Source: an uncultured Clostridia bacterium (GTDB lineage: Bacteria > Bacillota > Clostridia > Christensenellales > DTU072). Taken from it: a DNA stretch of 64,000 bases. Location: contig CALVUD010000003.1 in the NCBI GenBank assembly GCA_944363505.1, forward strand, positions 5,783 through 69,782, given 5' to 3'. Made by a program: the position numbers and the translations under genes. The notes below the pieces were generated by a model. It worked only from the letters and a program-made list of their open reading frames with translations. It was not told where the DNA came from and did no database searches. Each line of letters starts with the position of its first letter. Position 1 is the first letter of the stretch. Positions 17,691-25,685 of the stretch are shown here, one piece after another.

Positions 17691-19495
17691 AGAAACTAAT
17701 GAAGAATAAAAAAAAGAGATTATCAAAAGAGCAAATCGTTGAGAATAAAAACCGTGCCAGTTTTAAAAAACAAATAAAAGATATTTTTATACTTTCGGGC
17801 TTTAATCCTTTGAATGTTCAAGGTTTTCAGTTTGAACTGGGGAATCGCCCCAATGAACTAGATCACTGCTTTATTTACGAGAACATTATAATAATTTGCG
17901 AAGATACGATTAAGTTTCTGAAGAAAAAAGATTTAGCAGCGACTAACGGAGAATCCTTTAATCGAAATCACAAATTAGAAAAAAATGAATCTGCTCATAT
18001 AATTCTAACCAATAAAGAACGTTTTATTGGTATCTTGAAACAGAAATTTCCTGATGTTGAACAAATAAAAATTTATAATCCAAAGGAGTTCAGGATTTTT
18101 TATTTGTACTTTGAATACGGGAAGCAACATATTAGTTCTGAAGATGAAAATAGGTACAGTTATTTAAAATTTATAGATTATCCGACGCTTAATTACTTGT
18201 CGATTATGTCAAAAAGTTTAAAGGCGTCATTTAAGTATGAGATTTTTAGATTTCTAAATCTTTCCAGAACGGACATCGGAAAACCAGACCCGTTTGGGAA
18301 TAATATTAAGCCGATCATTTCTTCGATTATATATCCAGATTCTGTTACGGGATTTAATAATGGTATCAGGATGGTTTCCTTTATGATGAGACCTTCCGAT
18401 TTGATTGAGAATAGTTTTGTGCTTCGTAAGGATGGATGGGAACAAAATGTTGATTTATATCAAAGATTAATAACCCCCAAAAGGATAAAATCTATTAGAG
18501 ATTTTGTTGTAAATAACAAAACTACTTTTTTGAATAATATTATTGTAACATTACCGCCCAATGTAGAATTTTACAAGAAAGAAAACGGCAAGAGATTGCC
18601 CGTTAATATTGATGACATTACAAATTATAGTAACAATGTTGAGATATGCATTCCTGTAGATTTTAACTCAATGGCTATTATTGATGGTCAACATAGAGTT
18701 TATGCGTATTATCAAGATAACGAGAATAATATTTCGGAACAAGTTATTGCTAAGTTAAGAAATGAGTTAAATTTGCTTGTGACTGGAATTATCTATCCAA
18801 ACAACGATAAATACGATGACCCTTTGGAAAGAAGAAAATTTGAGAGTAATTTATTTGTCTCAATTAATAAAAACGCAAAACCTGTTGATGCTGATACATT
18901 GATTCAAGTGCAAGCAATTATGAATCCCACTTCTGGTGAAGCAATATCAAGAAAAGTTATAGAACGTTTAAATAAGGAAGAACCCTTTACAAATATGTTT
19001 CAGTTATCTAAAGTTGAAACAGCACCAATTAAAATCGCATCAATTATTCAATACGCACTATCGAGTCTATTAGTAGCAAAAAATAACGATAACTCGCTAT
19101 ATCGTTACTGGTTGGTAAAAAACAAGTTGAATGATGATTATGTATTGAGAAGCAGTGAAGACATTAAAGACTATATAAATTATTGCGTAAAATATCTAAA
19201 AGAATACTTTAAAGCGATAAAGAGTAAATTTAACAGTTTCTGGAATAAAGATTCGAAGCTATTAATGGTTATTTCATTGAATGCTTTTATAATTGCATTT
19301 CGAGAGACATTAAAAATGTGTAATGGGCCTCAAAAGTATAATTTTTATTCTAGTGTATTTAAAGATTGGGATTTTAGTTTTGAGAACTCTAAAGATAAAA
19401 ACAAACAATTCCCATATGCAGGTGCGCAGTATAGTAAGTTTGCAAAAAATGAAATAATCCCATTGTTTGTTCGAAATTATAATACGACTAAATAG
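17684..19495 (+). CDS. DGQHR-domain (DndB/DpdB-like, ParB fold) protein with unassigned N- and C-terminal regions
   Basis: IIDGQHRVYAYY is encoded at 18683-18697 and QRLITPKRIKSIRDFV lies upstream of it. ATG at 17684 follows GGAGGA (17672-17677) and overlaps the methylase stop by 7 nt. Confidence 0.7.
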   Translation: MVKKLMKNKKKRLSKEQIVENKNRASFKKQIKDIFILSGFNPLNVQGFQFELGNRPNELDHCFIYENIIIICEDTIKFLKKKDLAATNGESFNRNHKLEKNESAHIILTNKERFIGILKQKFPDVEQIKIYNPKEFRIFYLYFEYGKQHISSEDENRYSYLKFIDYPTLNYLSIMSKSLKASFKYEIFRFLNLSRTDIGKPDPFGNNIKPIISSIIYPDSVTGFNNGIRMVSFMMRPSDLIENSFVLRKDGWEQNVDLYQRLITPKRIKSIRDFVVNNKTTFLNNIIVTLPPNVEFYKKENGKRLPVNIDDITNYSNNVEICIPVDFNSMAIIDGQHRVYAYYQDNENNISEQVIAKLRNELNLLVTGIIYPNNDKYDDPLERRKFESNLFVSINKNAKPVDADTLIQVQAIMNPTSGEAISRKVIERLNKEEPFTNMFQLSKVETAPIKIASIIQYALSSLLVAKNNDNSLYRYWLVKNKLNDDYVLRSSEDIKDYINYCVKYLKEYFKAIKSKFNSFWNKDSKLLMVISLNAFIIAFRETLKMCNGPQKYNFYSSVFKDWDFSFENSKDKNKQFPYAGAQYSKFAKNEIIPLFVRNYNTTK

Positions 19496-19524
19496 TAATT
19501 AAAATTCGTTTTACATTGTCACTT

Positions 19525-19720
19525 CTCCACCAAACCGAGAATACGGGCGCGGATTGCGCCCTTTTTTCATGCCTCCGGCTTCGGTCATTTGCGTTTACCT
19601 CTCCTTCGCATTTTAATCTCCGCACCCTGCAACCCTTCTGCTCGGGTCGGAGATAGCATTTTTATCCGCTACCCCCACAAAAACCCAGGATCGAAAAAAT
19701 CGGTGGGTGTTTTTCTTTTG
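19525..19720. repeat. Island boundary repeat, copy C, directly abutting the backbone
   Basis: See copy B. It ends 2-3 nt before the stop codon (19723-19725) of the GC-rich hydrolase gene. Confidence 0.9.
19545..19567 (+). terminator. Rho-independent terminator-like hairpin after the R-M/DGQHR operon
   Basis: GGGCGC-GGATT-GCGCCC followed by TTTTTT, 50 nt after the stop at 19495. The same hairpin occurs in copies A and B. Confidence 0.55.
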
Positions 19721-19722
19721 TA

Positions 19723-20808
19723 TTATTTAAGTGCTTTTACGTAATTCACGGTTTGGGAGCGTGTAACGGCGGATCGGACAGATCTGTCGCGCTTTTTCTG
19801 AGCGAACATCCAATCGCACCATTTTTCTTTCATGAGAAAACGCGAGGCGAGAAAGTGTCCGTATTTTTCGGTGCGGGTATATCGGAAATCCGCATTAAGT
19901 TCGGTAAGCTTTCGGGCGGCGAGATCGTCGTGCGCTATAGATACTATGCCGTCGTTCGCGGCGTGAGCCATCCATATCGGAACCTCTTTAAAGGGCTCGC
20001 AGTCGCAATTTCCGCTTTCCAAAAATTCAAACGTGGTTCCCATAAGAGGAACGGCACAGGCAAATTTTTCGGGCGCCGAACTAAGCGCGCTCCATACGCA
20101 GCAGCCTCCGAGAGATACGCCAAGAACATATATCCGACTTCGGTCGGCGTGCGTTTCTTCCGCAACGCGGTCAGCAAGTGCGACGACGGAATTTATATAG
20201 CGCGTCATTTCCGTTTTAGTTTCGTCGAAACTCCTGCCTTCGTTTATCGAGCGGTACGGCTGAGGAACGAGGATATTCGCGTTTTTACGAGCGAGGACCG
20301 GGAGAATGAGCGAGGTATCGAACAACGTCTTTATGTTGTCGTTTCCCGTGGCGCCCGCGCTCGGAAAAATTATTGCTAACGGCATATTCGCTTTGCCTGA
20401 CCTATTCAGGCGGTACGGATATGCTGTAAGATTTTCTTTATCGATATACAGACGGGATCCGAACCCGAACAGCTTCGCTCCGTATCCGATACTTTCGGTG
20501 TGTTCGGTCTCGGCTAACTTCCTTTCCCGCCACGCGCATTGTTTGTCGATAGCCGAAGTACGACGGCATTGCGCGCGAAAAAGCGAACGGACCGATCTTT
20601 TTGTTTTCCCTATGATCACCGGCTCGCCTGAAATATTATAGCGGTAGAGCGTTCCGTCGGATGCGATTATGACATTATTTACTAAAGCGTCGTCGCCTTC
20701 GGGCAAAGTTTTTCGGGAAACGAGAGTTAATCTCGTTTTTTCGTCTTTTTTAACGAATTTTTCGTCATCCCGGATACTTTCGTTTGAGGTCAGAACCCTA
20801 TAGAACAT
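19723..20808 (-). CDS. Alpha/beta hydrolase (prolyl oligopeptidase / esterase-like)
   Basis: 361-aa ORF with the nucleophile elbow GVSLGG. Confidence 0.6.
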   Translation of the reverse strand: MFYRVLTSNESIRDDEKFVKKDEKTRLTLVSRKTLPEGDDALVNNVIIASDGTLYRYNISGEPVIIGKTKRSVRSLFRAQCRRTSAIDKQCAWRERKLAETEHTESIGYGAKLFGFGSRLYIDKENLTAYPYRLNRSGKANMPLAIIFPSAGATGNDNIKTLFDTSLILPVLARKNANILVPQPYRSINEGRSFDETKTEMTRYINSVVALADRVAEETHADRSRIYVLGVSLGGCCVWSALSSAPEKFACAVPLMGTTFEFLESGNCDCEPFKEVPIWMAHAANDGIVSIAHDDLAARKLTELNADFRYTRTEKYGHFLASRFLMKEKWCDWMFAQKKRDRSVRSAVTRSQTVNYVKALK

Positions 20809-20863
20809 ATTTCTCCAAAATATAAATTTTATCGTTTTTTTGATTCGGATCGGATTTGAAAAA

Positions 20864-21784
20864 TCAGCCTTCCATGAGGTGGAGGGAACTCAGATACGGG
20901 TCGCGGATCTTCCGGAATACCGATACCGCGTGCGCCTCGAGATAGTCGTCGCGGGCGTCGGAATACCCCTGCCGCACCGCTTCGGCGGCTATTGCGGCGC
21001 AGATCTTTTCTATGCGTTCGACCTTTTCTTCGCCCTGAGGCGCGTTTACGACGTATTCGAAGTCCGCGACCAGTTCCGACAATATCTTTTGCCGCGCCGC
21101 GCCGCGGAACAACCATTTATAGTACGGCGCATGGCTCTTGTTCAGTATGAACACGGTTTCAAGCCCTTTTAACGCGAACTCCGCCGCCGCGAGCGCCGCG
21201 GCGCCAGTGTCGCCCCGTCGGAGCATTCGCGGATAATTGTATTGCCCCGATTGCGCCGCAAGCGCAAGCCGCGAGGCAAGCTTTTTCCTTCTGACGTCCT
21301 CGGGCATGCCGTTTTTCAGCGTTTCCCTGTAAAGATCGAACTCCGCCGAGCCGTTTACGAATATCTCGCCGTTCACCGCCGCCGCAAGCGCGTATTCGGG
21401 TATCCTGAGCCATTCGCCCGAGCTTTCGGGAAGCCTTGTCAGCCCCGTGAACGTTTCGAAAAAATCCCTGACCGTTACGACGCCGCCCCTGCCCGCGGAA
21501 TATAGGCTGTGCGCCGTTCTGCCGAAACCCATAAACTCGCGCGGAAGCGCGTTGTACGCGCGCATAAGTTTGAAACCTATCCTTCGGTCGGCTTCGTCGT
21601 CTATCCACAGATAAAAGCGCGGCTCGAAATCGTGATCGCGCGAAACGTCGTCGTCGAAACCCTCGCATTCGGAGCCGTAGCCTGAAAGCCCCGCGGATAT
21701 GGTGTTACCCTCAGGGTCGAATTTCCGTATCAGTTCCCTGCCGTATTCTTCGAAATACAGTCTGCCGAGTTCGAGTCCTTTCAT
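20864..21784 (-). CDS. DUF4037-like protein
   Basis: I chose the start MKGLELGRLYFEEYG at 21784, which overlaps the upstream stop as ATGA. The longer track ORF has an Arg-rich, implausible N-terminus. Confidence 0.5.
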   Translation of the reverse strand: MKGLELGRLYFEEYGRELIRKFDPEGNTISAGLSGYGSECEGFDDDVSRDHDFEPRFYLWIDDEADRRIGFKLMRAYNALPREFMGFGRTAHSLYSAGRGGVVTVRDFFETFTGLTRLPESSGEWLRIPEYALAAAVNGEIFVNGSAEFDLYRETLKNGMPEDVRRKKLASRLALAAQSGQYNYPRMLRRGDTGAAALAAAEFALKGLETVFILNKSHAPYYKWLFRGAARQKILSELVADFEYVVNAPQGEEKVERIEKICAAIAAEAVRQGYSDARDDYLEAHAVSVFRKIRDPYLSSLHLMEG

Positions 21785-22554
21785 TGTCGTCCTTGTCGTA
21801 CGTTTGCCTTGTCCGAAAGACTGTCGTATATTTTTTTCGCCCTGTCGAAAAGCTCGGTCGCCCTTTTCTCCTCTCCAAAGTATCCGAACGACGGCGCGAG
21901 CTTTTCGAGTACCCATGCGTAATACGCGTTCGGCTCCCTGACCGTGTTCAACAGATAGTACGCTCTGTCGAGATACCTTTTTATTTCGCCGCGGTTGCCG
22001 CGCGCTTCGTCCTCCAGATGCGCGAGGTTTATATAGGTCGTCGCTTCGTCCTCGACCCTGTCCAGCGCGCTCATCAGCCGCGCCGCCTCAAAAAACATAT
22101 CCGCGGCTTTTGCAAATTCGCCCTCCGCCTGATATGCCGTCGCGGCGTTATTGTATAATCCGCCCCATCTGTAGTCGCGCTTCCCAAGCGTCTTTTTATA
22201 CTTTTCCTCGGAGATCCTATAGCACTCTATCGCCGTTTTCGGGTCTCCGAAACGGTTGTATGCGGTACCGATATTCAAATATGACGTTCCGATCTCGGTT
22301 TCGTCGGACACGGCGCCGTTATCCAAAAGCTCTTTTAAAACCGCTATCGTGCGGTAACAACGGGCGCGCTCGTTGTTTTTACGGTAATGACCCACAAGCT
22401 CGTTCAGAAGCGTTACCAGCGAAGCGGTATCGCCGCTTTGCTTTGCAGCCGTAGCCGCGAGTTCCAAAAACTCTGCGCCCTCGGCATAGCGTTTCCGGGC
22501 TATGAAATCGTCGTACTCCTCGAGTACGGAGCGCGCGTCCAGAGATTCGCTCAT
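21781..22554 (-). CDS. Tetratricopeptide-repeat protein
   Basis: TPR-like A/Y/L periodicity. The start MSESLDARS at 22554 overlaps the bcp stop as ATGA. Confidence 0.6.
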   Translation of the reverse strand: MSESLDARSVLEEYDDFIARKRYAEGAEFLELAATAAKQSGDTASLVTLLNELVGHYRKNNERARCYRTIAVLKELLDNGAVSDETEIGTSYLNIGTAYNRFGDPKTAIECYRISEEKYKKTLGKRDYRWGGLYNNAATAYQAEGEFAKAADMFFEAARLMSALDRVEDEATTYINLAHLEDEARGNRGEIKRYLDRAYYLLNTVREPNAYYAWVLEKLAPSFGYFGEEKRATELFDRAKKIYDSLSDKANVRQGRQ

Positions 22555-23009
22555 CGGTTTAACGAACAGGCTATTTCCTCGGCGTGCCCCGCCGCCCGGA
22601 CCGCATAATACGCGCTTTGGATAACGCCGTTCTCGTCGATCAGGAACGTGGTGCGGTTTACCCCGACAACGCTTTTCCCGTACAGCTTTTTTTCTTTCAG
22701 CGCTCCGTATGCGGAAATGACCGATTTGTCCTCGTCGGAAAGCAGAATAAACGGCAGCGAATATTTCTCGGCAAACCTGAAATGCGACGAAACGGAATCC
22801 TTGCTTACGCCGATTATGACGGCGTTTTTGTCGGAAATCTCTTTGAATACGTCCCTGAATCCCTCGGCTTCGGCGGTACACCCCGAAGTATTGTCCTTGG
22901 GATAAAAATACAAGACCACCTTCTTGCCGCGAAACTCCGAAAGAGAGCGCTTGTTGCCGTATTGGTCCGGCAACGAGAAATCGGGCGCGACGTCCCCTGC
23001 TTTTAACAT
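22551..23009 (-). CDS. bcp: Thiol peroxidase / peroxiredoxin Bcp
   Basis: 152 aa; FYPKDNTSGCTAEA contains the peroxidatic Cys motif. Confidence 0.85.
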   Translation of the reverse strand: MLKAGDVAPDFSLPDQYGNKRSLSEFRGKKVVLYFYPKDNTSGCTAEAEGFRDVFKEISDKNAVIIGVSKDSVSSHFRFAEKYSLPFILLSDEDKSVISAYGALKEKKLYGKSVVGVNRTTFLIDENGVIQSAYYAVRAAGHAEEIACSLNR

Positions 23010-23138
23010 GATCGCCTCCGTGAATTTATTCGGAAAATCTTTCCGTGATCCGAAAAAATTATATCACACGCGTCATTCACCGTCAACCCGCTGCTACTTG
23101 CCGTCTTTTCCGTTGAAAAGCCGCCCTCTGGCGTTTGC

Positions 23139-23167
23139 TTGACAACGCTTCCCTGTTATGATACAAT
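23139..23167 (+). promoter_or_regulatory. Promoter of the K+ uptake operon
   Basis: TTGACA (23139-23144), a 17-nt spacer, then TACAAT (23162-23167) preceded by TGA (extended -10). Confidence 0.55.
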
Positions 23168-23209
23168 TTTCAAAGCGGTTCGCTTAAAGCCGCGAAACCC
23201 TAAAAAATT

Positions 23210-24574
23210 ATGAAGCTGAAATCGAAAGCTAAATTGACTGTCTGGCAGTTCCTGGCGCTCGGATACCTCGTCGTTATCGTCGCGGGAAGTCTGCTGCTGA
23301 TGTTGCCTTTCGCCACGCGCGACGGACAATCCACTTCCTATGTTAACGCACTTTTTACCGCCACTTCCGCGACCTGCGTAACCGGGCTGGCTCCTTACGA
23401 CACCAATATCCATTGGACGCTGTTCGGACAGATCGTCATCCTTTTCCTGATCCAGACGGGCGGTCTGGGTTTTATGACCTTCGTGTCGATAGTTTTCAGC
23501 GCGATCGGTCGCAATCTGGGACTCTACGAACGTAAAGCGCTGATGCTCTCCGAGGGCGAACACCGCCTCAGCGGCGTGCGCAGACTCGTCAGGCGGATCG
23601 CCTTGGGCACCACCGTGGTCGAATCCGCGGGAGCGCTTTTGCTGTGTATACGCTTTATCCCCGACTTCGGGGTCGGAAAAGGTATCTACTACTCCGTCTG
23701 GCATTCGATTTCGGCGTTTTGTAATGCCGGCTTCGATCTGATGGGCGGAGTCTTTGCGGACGAACAATTCGTTTCTCTGACCCGCTACGCGACCGACCCG
23801 TTGGTTTCCCTGACGATCGCGTTCCTGATCATCGTCGGCGGTCTGGGCTTTTGCGTTTGGAGCGACATCATCGACGCCAAATGCAACGTCAAAAAATTCC
23901 GCCTCTATACCAAAGTCGTTTTGTTGGTCAACACTTTGTTCCTGGTCGTTTCCACCGTGCTGTTTTTCTTCTTCGAGCGCTCCAACCCCACATACGAAAA
24001 CTTTACTTTGGGCGAAAAATGGCTGGTTTCTTTCTTTAACGCGACAACTCCGAGAACGGCAGGTTTCAATACCGTAGACTTGACTTCGCTCTCCGACAGC
24101 GGATACCTTTTGACGGTGATACTGATGTTCGTCGGCGGAAGCTCCGGCTCTACCGCGGGCGGCATCAAAATAAATACCCTCGCCGTAATCGTAATGGGAA
24201 TGGTCGCCGTGTTCCGCGGGCGCAGAGATATAGATATAGGCAAAAAGCGCATCGACTTTTCTTTGGTTTCGCAAGCGCTTGCCGTCTTCGTTTCATGCCT
24301 GATACTCGTCATCACCGCTACGCTGATAATCTGCGTTATCGAACCGGACGAGATCGCGCCCTTCCGCAGCGTGCTGTTCGAAGTGGTTTCGGCGCTGGGT
24401 ACCGTCGGATTGAGCCTTTCGCTGACGCCCGTGCTTTCAACGGCGTCGAAGTGCATACTGATCCTGCTGATGTACGCGGGAAGGGTCGGAATACTTACGC
24501 TGGCGCTGGCGCTCGGCGAAAGCCGCACCGCGTCGGAAACGAAAAAACCGTTGGATTCCATGCTGATAGGATAA
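23210..24574 (+). CDS. TrkH/KtrB-family K+ uptake membrane subunit
   Basis: 454 aa and polytopic, with repeated pore-loop GxG motifs (TGLAPYD, QTGGLGF, CNAGFDL, RTAGFNT, STAGGIK). Confidence 0.85.
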   Translation: MKLKSKAKLTVWQFLALGYLVVIVAGSLLLMLPFATRDGQSTSYVNALFTATSATCVTGLAPYDTNIHWTLFGQIVILFLIQTGGLGFMTFVSIVFSAIGRNLGLYERKALMLSEGEHRLSGVRRLVRRIALGTTVVESAGALLLCIRFIPDFGVGKGIYYSVWHSISAFCNAGFDLMGGVFADEQFVSLTRYATDPLVSLTIAFLIIVGGLGFCVWSDIIDAKCNVKKFRLYTKVVLLVNTLFLVVSTVLFFFFERSNPTYENFTLGEKWLVSFFNATTPRTAGFNTVDLTSLSDSGYLLTVILMFVGGSSGSTAGGIKINTLAVIVMGMVAVFRGRRDIDIGKKRIDFSLVSQALAVFVSCLILVITATLIICVIEPDEIAPFRSVLFEVVSALGTVGLSLSLTPVLSTASKCILILLMYAGRVGILTLALALGESRTASETKKPLDSMLIG

Positions 24575-24616
24575 TCCGTCGCGGATAAAAGATTAACCGG
24601 CAAAGGAGACAAAAAC

Positions 24617-25273
24617 ATGAAATCTGTTTTGTTGATAGGAATGGGCAAGTTCGGTCAGATACTCGGCGAAAATTTGCTGCGAATGGGCGACGAGGTCATG
24701 ATCGTCGATAAAAACGAACACATAGTCAATATGTTGGCGCCGAAATATACCAACGCCCTGATTGCCAACTGTATGAACGAGGCAAATCTTAGATCCATGG
24801 ATATCCCCTCTTTCGACGTATGCGTGGTCGCCATCGGCGACGATTTTCAGTCTTCGCTCGAGATCACGTCCTTGCTGCGCGAACTCGGAGCAAAATACGT
24901 CGTATCCAAGGCGGCGACCGAAATTCAGCGCAAGTTCCTGCTACGCAACGGCGCGGACGAGGTCATATATCCCGACCGCGACCTTGCCGAAAAACTCGCC
25001 GTGAGAATGAACGCTTCGAAAGTTTTCGATTATATCGAACTCGATTCCGAATATTCGATATTCGAGATCGCCGTTCCGCAGGAATGGTATAACAAAAAGA
25101 TCGTGGACGTCGATCCCCGCAAGCGCTACGACATCAACATTCTGACGATAAAAAAGGATAACGCCATCGTCCCCTCTCCCGCCGCCGATTATACGTTCGA
25201 GGACGGCGACCACATGGTCGTGTTCGGCAATACGGAACGGATCGTAAATTTCACGAACAAAAAGAAAAAGTGA
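24617..25273 (+). CDS. TrkA/KtrA-family K+ uptake regulatory subunit (RCK)
   Basis: 218 aa; Rossmann motif LLIGMGKFGQ followed by a TrkA-C-like half. Confidence 0.85.
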   Translation: MKSVLLIGMGKFGQILGENLLRMGDEVMIVDKNEHIVNMLAPKYTNALIANCMNEANLRSMDIPSFDVCVVAIGDDFQSSLEITSLLRELGAKYVVSKAATEIQRKFLLRNGADEVIYPDRDLAEKLAVRMNASKVFDYIELDSEYSIFEIAVPQEWYNKKIVDVDPRKRYDINILTIKKDNAIVPSPAADYTFEDGDHMVVFGNTERIVNFTNKKKK

Positions 25274-25391
25274 TCGCCTCCCGCGCGTTTTGTTCGGAAG
25301 CATCTCTCCGCATTTTGTCGGTTTGTTTTGCCCATAAAAAATACCGTCGCGAAATATGCGGCGGTATCTGAATAATATTGCCGGATCCAAA

Positions 25392-25685
25392 TCAATTTTC
25401 GCGAACTTTAAATGCGGGCATTTCTTTGCCGCGGAATTCGGCGTCGAGAATACCCAGCTGCATTTTAATTATACGCCGCATTTCGATAGCGGGTGCAAGA
25501 CAGTATTTTTCAAAAAGCTCTCTGTCCGCGTCTGCGGCGCTGTTCCAGTGCGGGAAATACAGCTTGACAAACGCCGTAGCGATACGTTTTACCGCAGCGG
25601 TGTCCCTTGTATCCGAGCCCTCGGGAACACACAATAATTCGTTCACTACGCCGCCTGCGGTCATATCGTTGCGCAATTCGTGCAT
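25392..25685 (-). CDS. 97-codon ORF that continues the FtsK-like gene in another frame (frameshifted tail or overlapping small gene)
   Basis: Protein-like sequence starts at MHELRNDMTAGGVVNELL (ATG 25685) and overlaps the upstream stop (25661-25663) by 25 nt. The longer track ORF's N-terminus is Arg/Gln-rich noise. Confidence 0.45.
   Translation of the reverse strand: MHELRNDMTAGGVVNELLCVPEGSDTRDTAAVKRIATAFVKLYFPHWNSAADADRELFEKYCLAPAIEMRRIIKMQLGILDAEFRGKEMPAFKVREN

Noticed and set aside
23010-23209. Possible c-di-AMP (ydaO/kimA-type) riboswitch upstream of the K+ uptake operon
   Set aside because: The promoter I identified (23139-23167) leaves a leader of only about 40 nt. That is too short for the riboswitch, and I saw no conserved pseudoknot elements.
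23156-24274. 372-aa minus-strand ORF opposite trkH/ktrB
   Set aside because: It lies antisense to a well-supported membrane-protein gene. Its composition is Arg/Gln/Asp-rich and motif-free. Long antisense ORFs are expected in GC-rich DNA.
25392-25685. Impression that the 97-aa tail resembles the ATPase-lid region of BREX BrxL-type proteins
   Set aside because: This rests only on a vague remembered pattern (DxRDTxAV ... EF). I cannot support it without a profile search, so no call was made.
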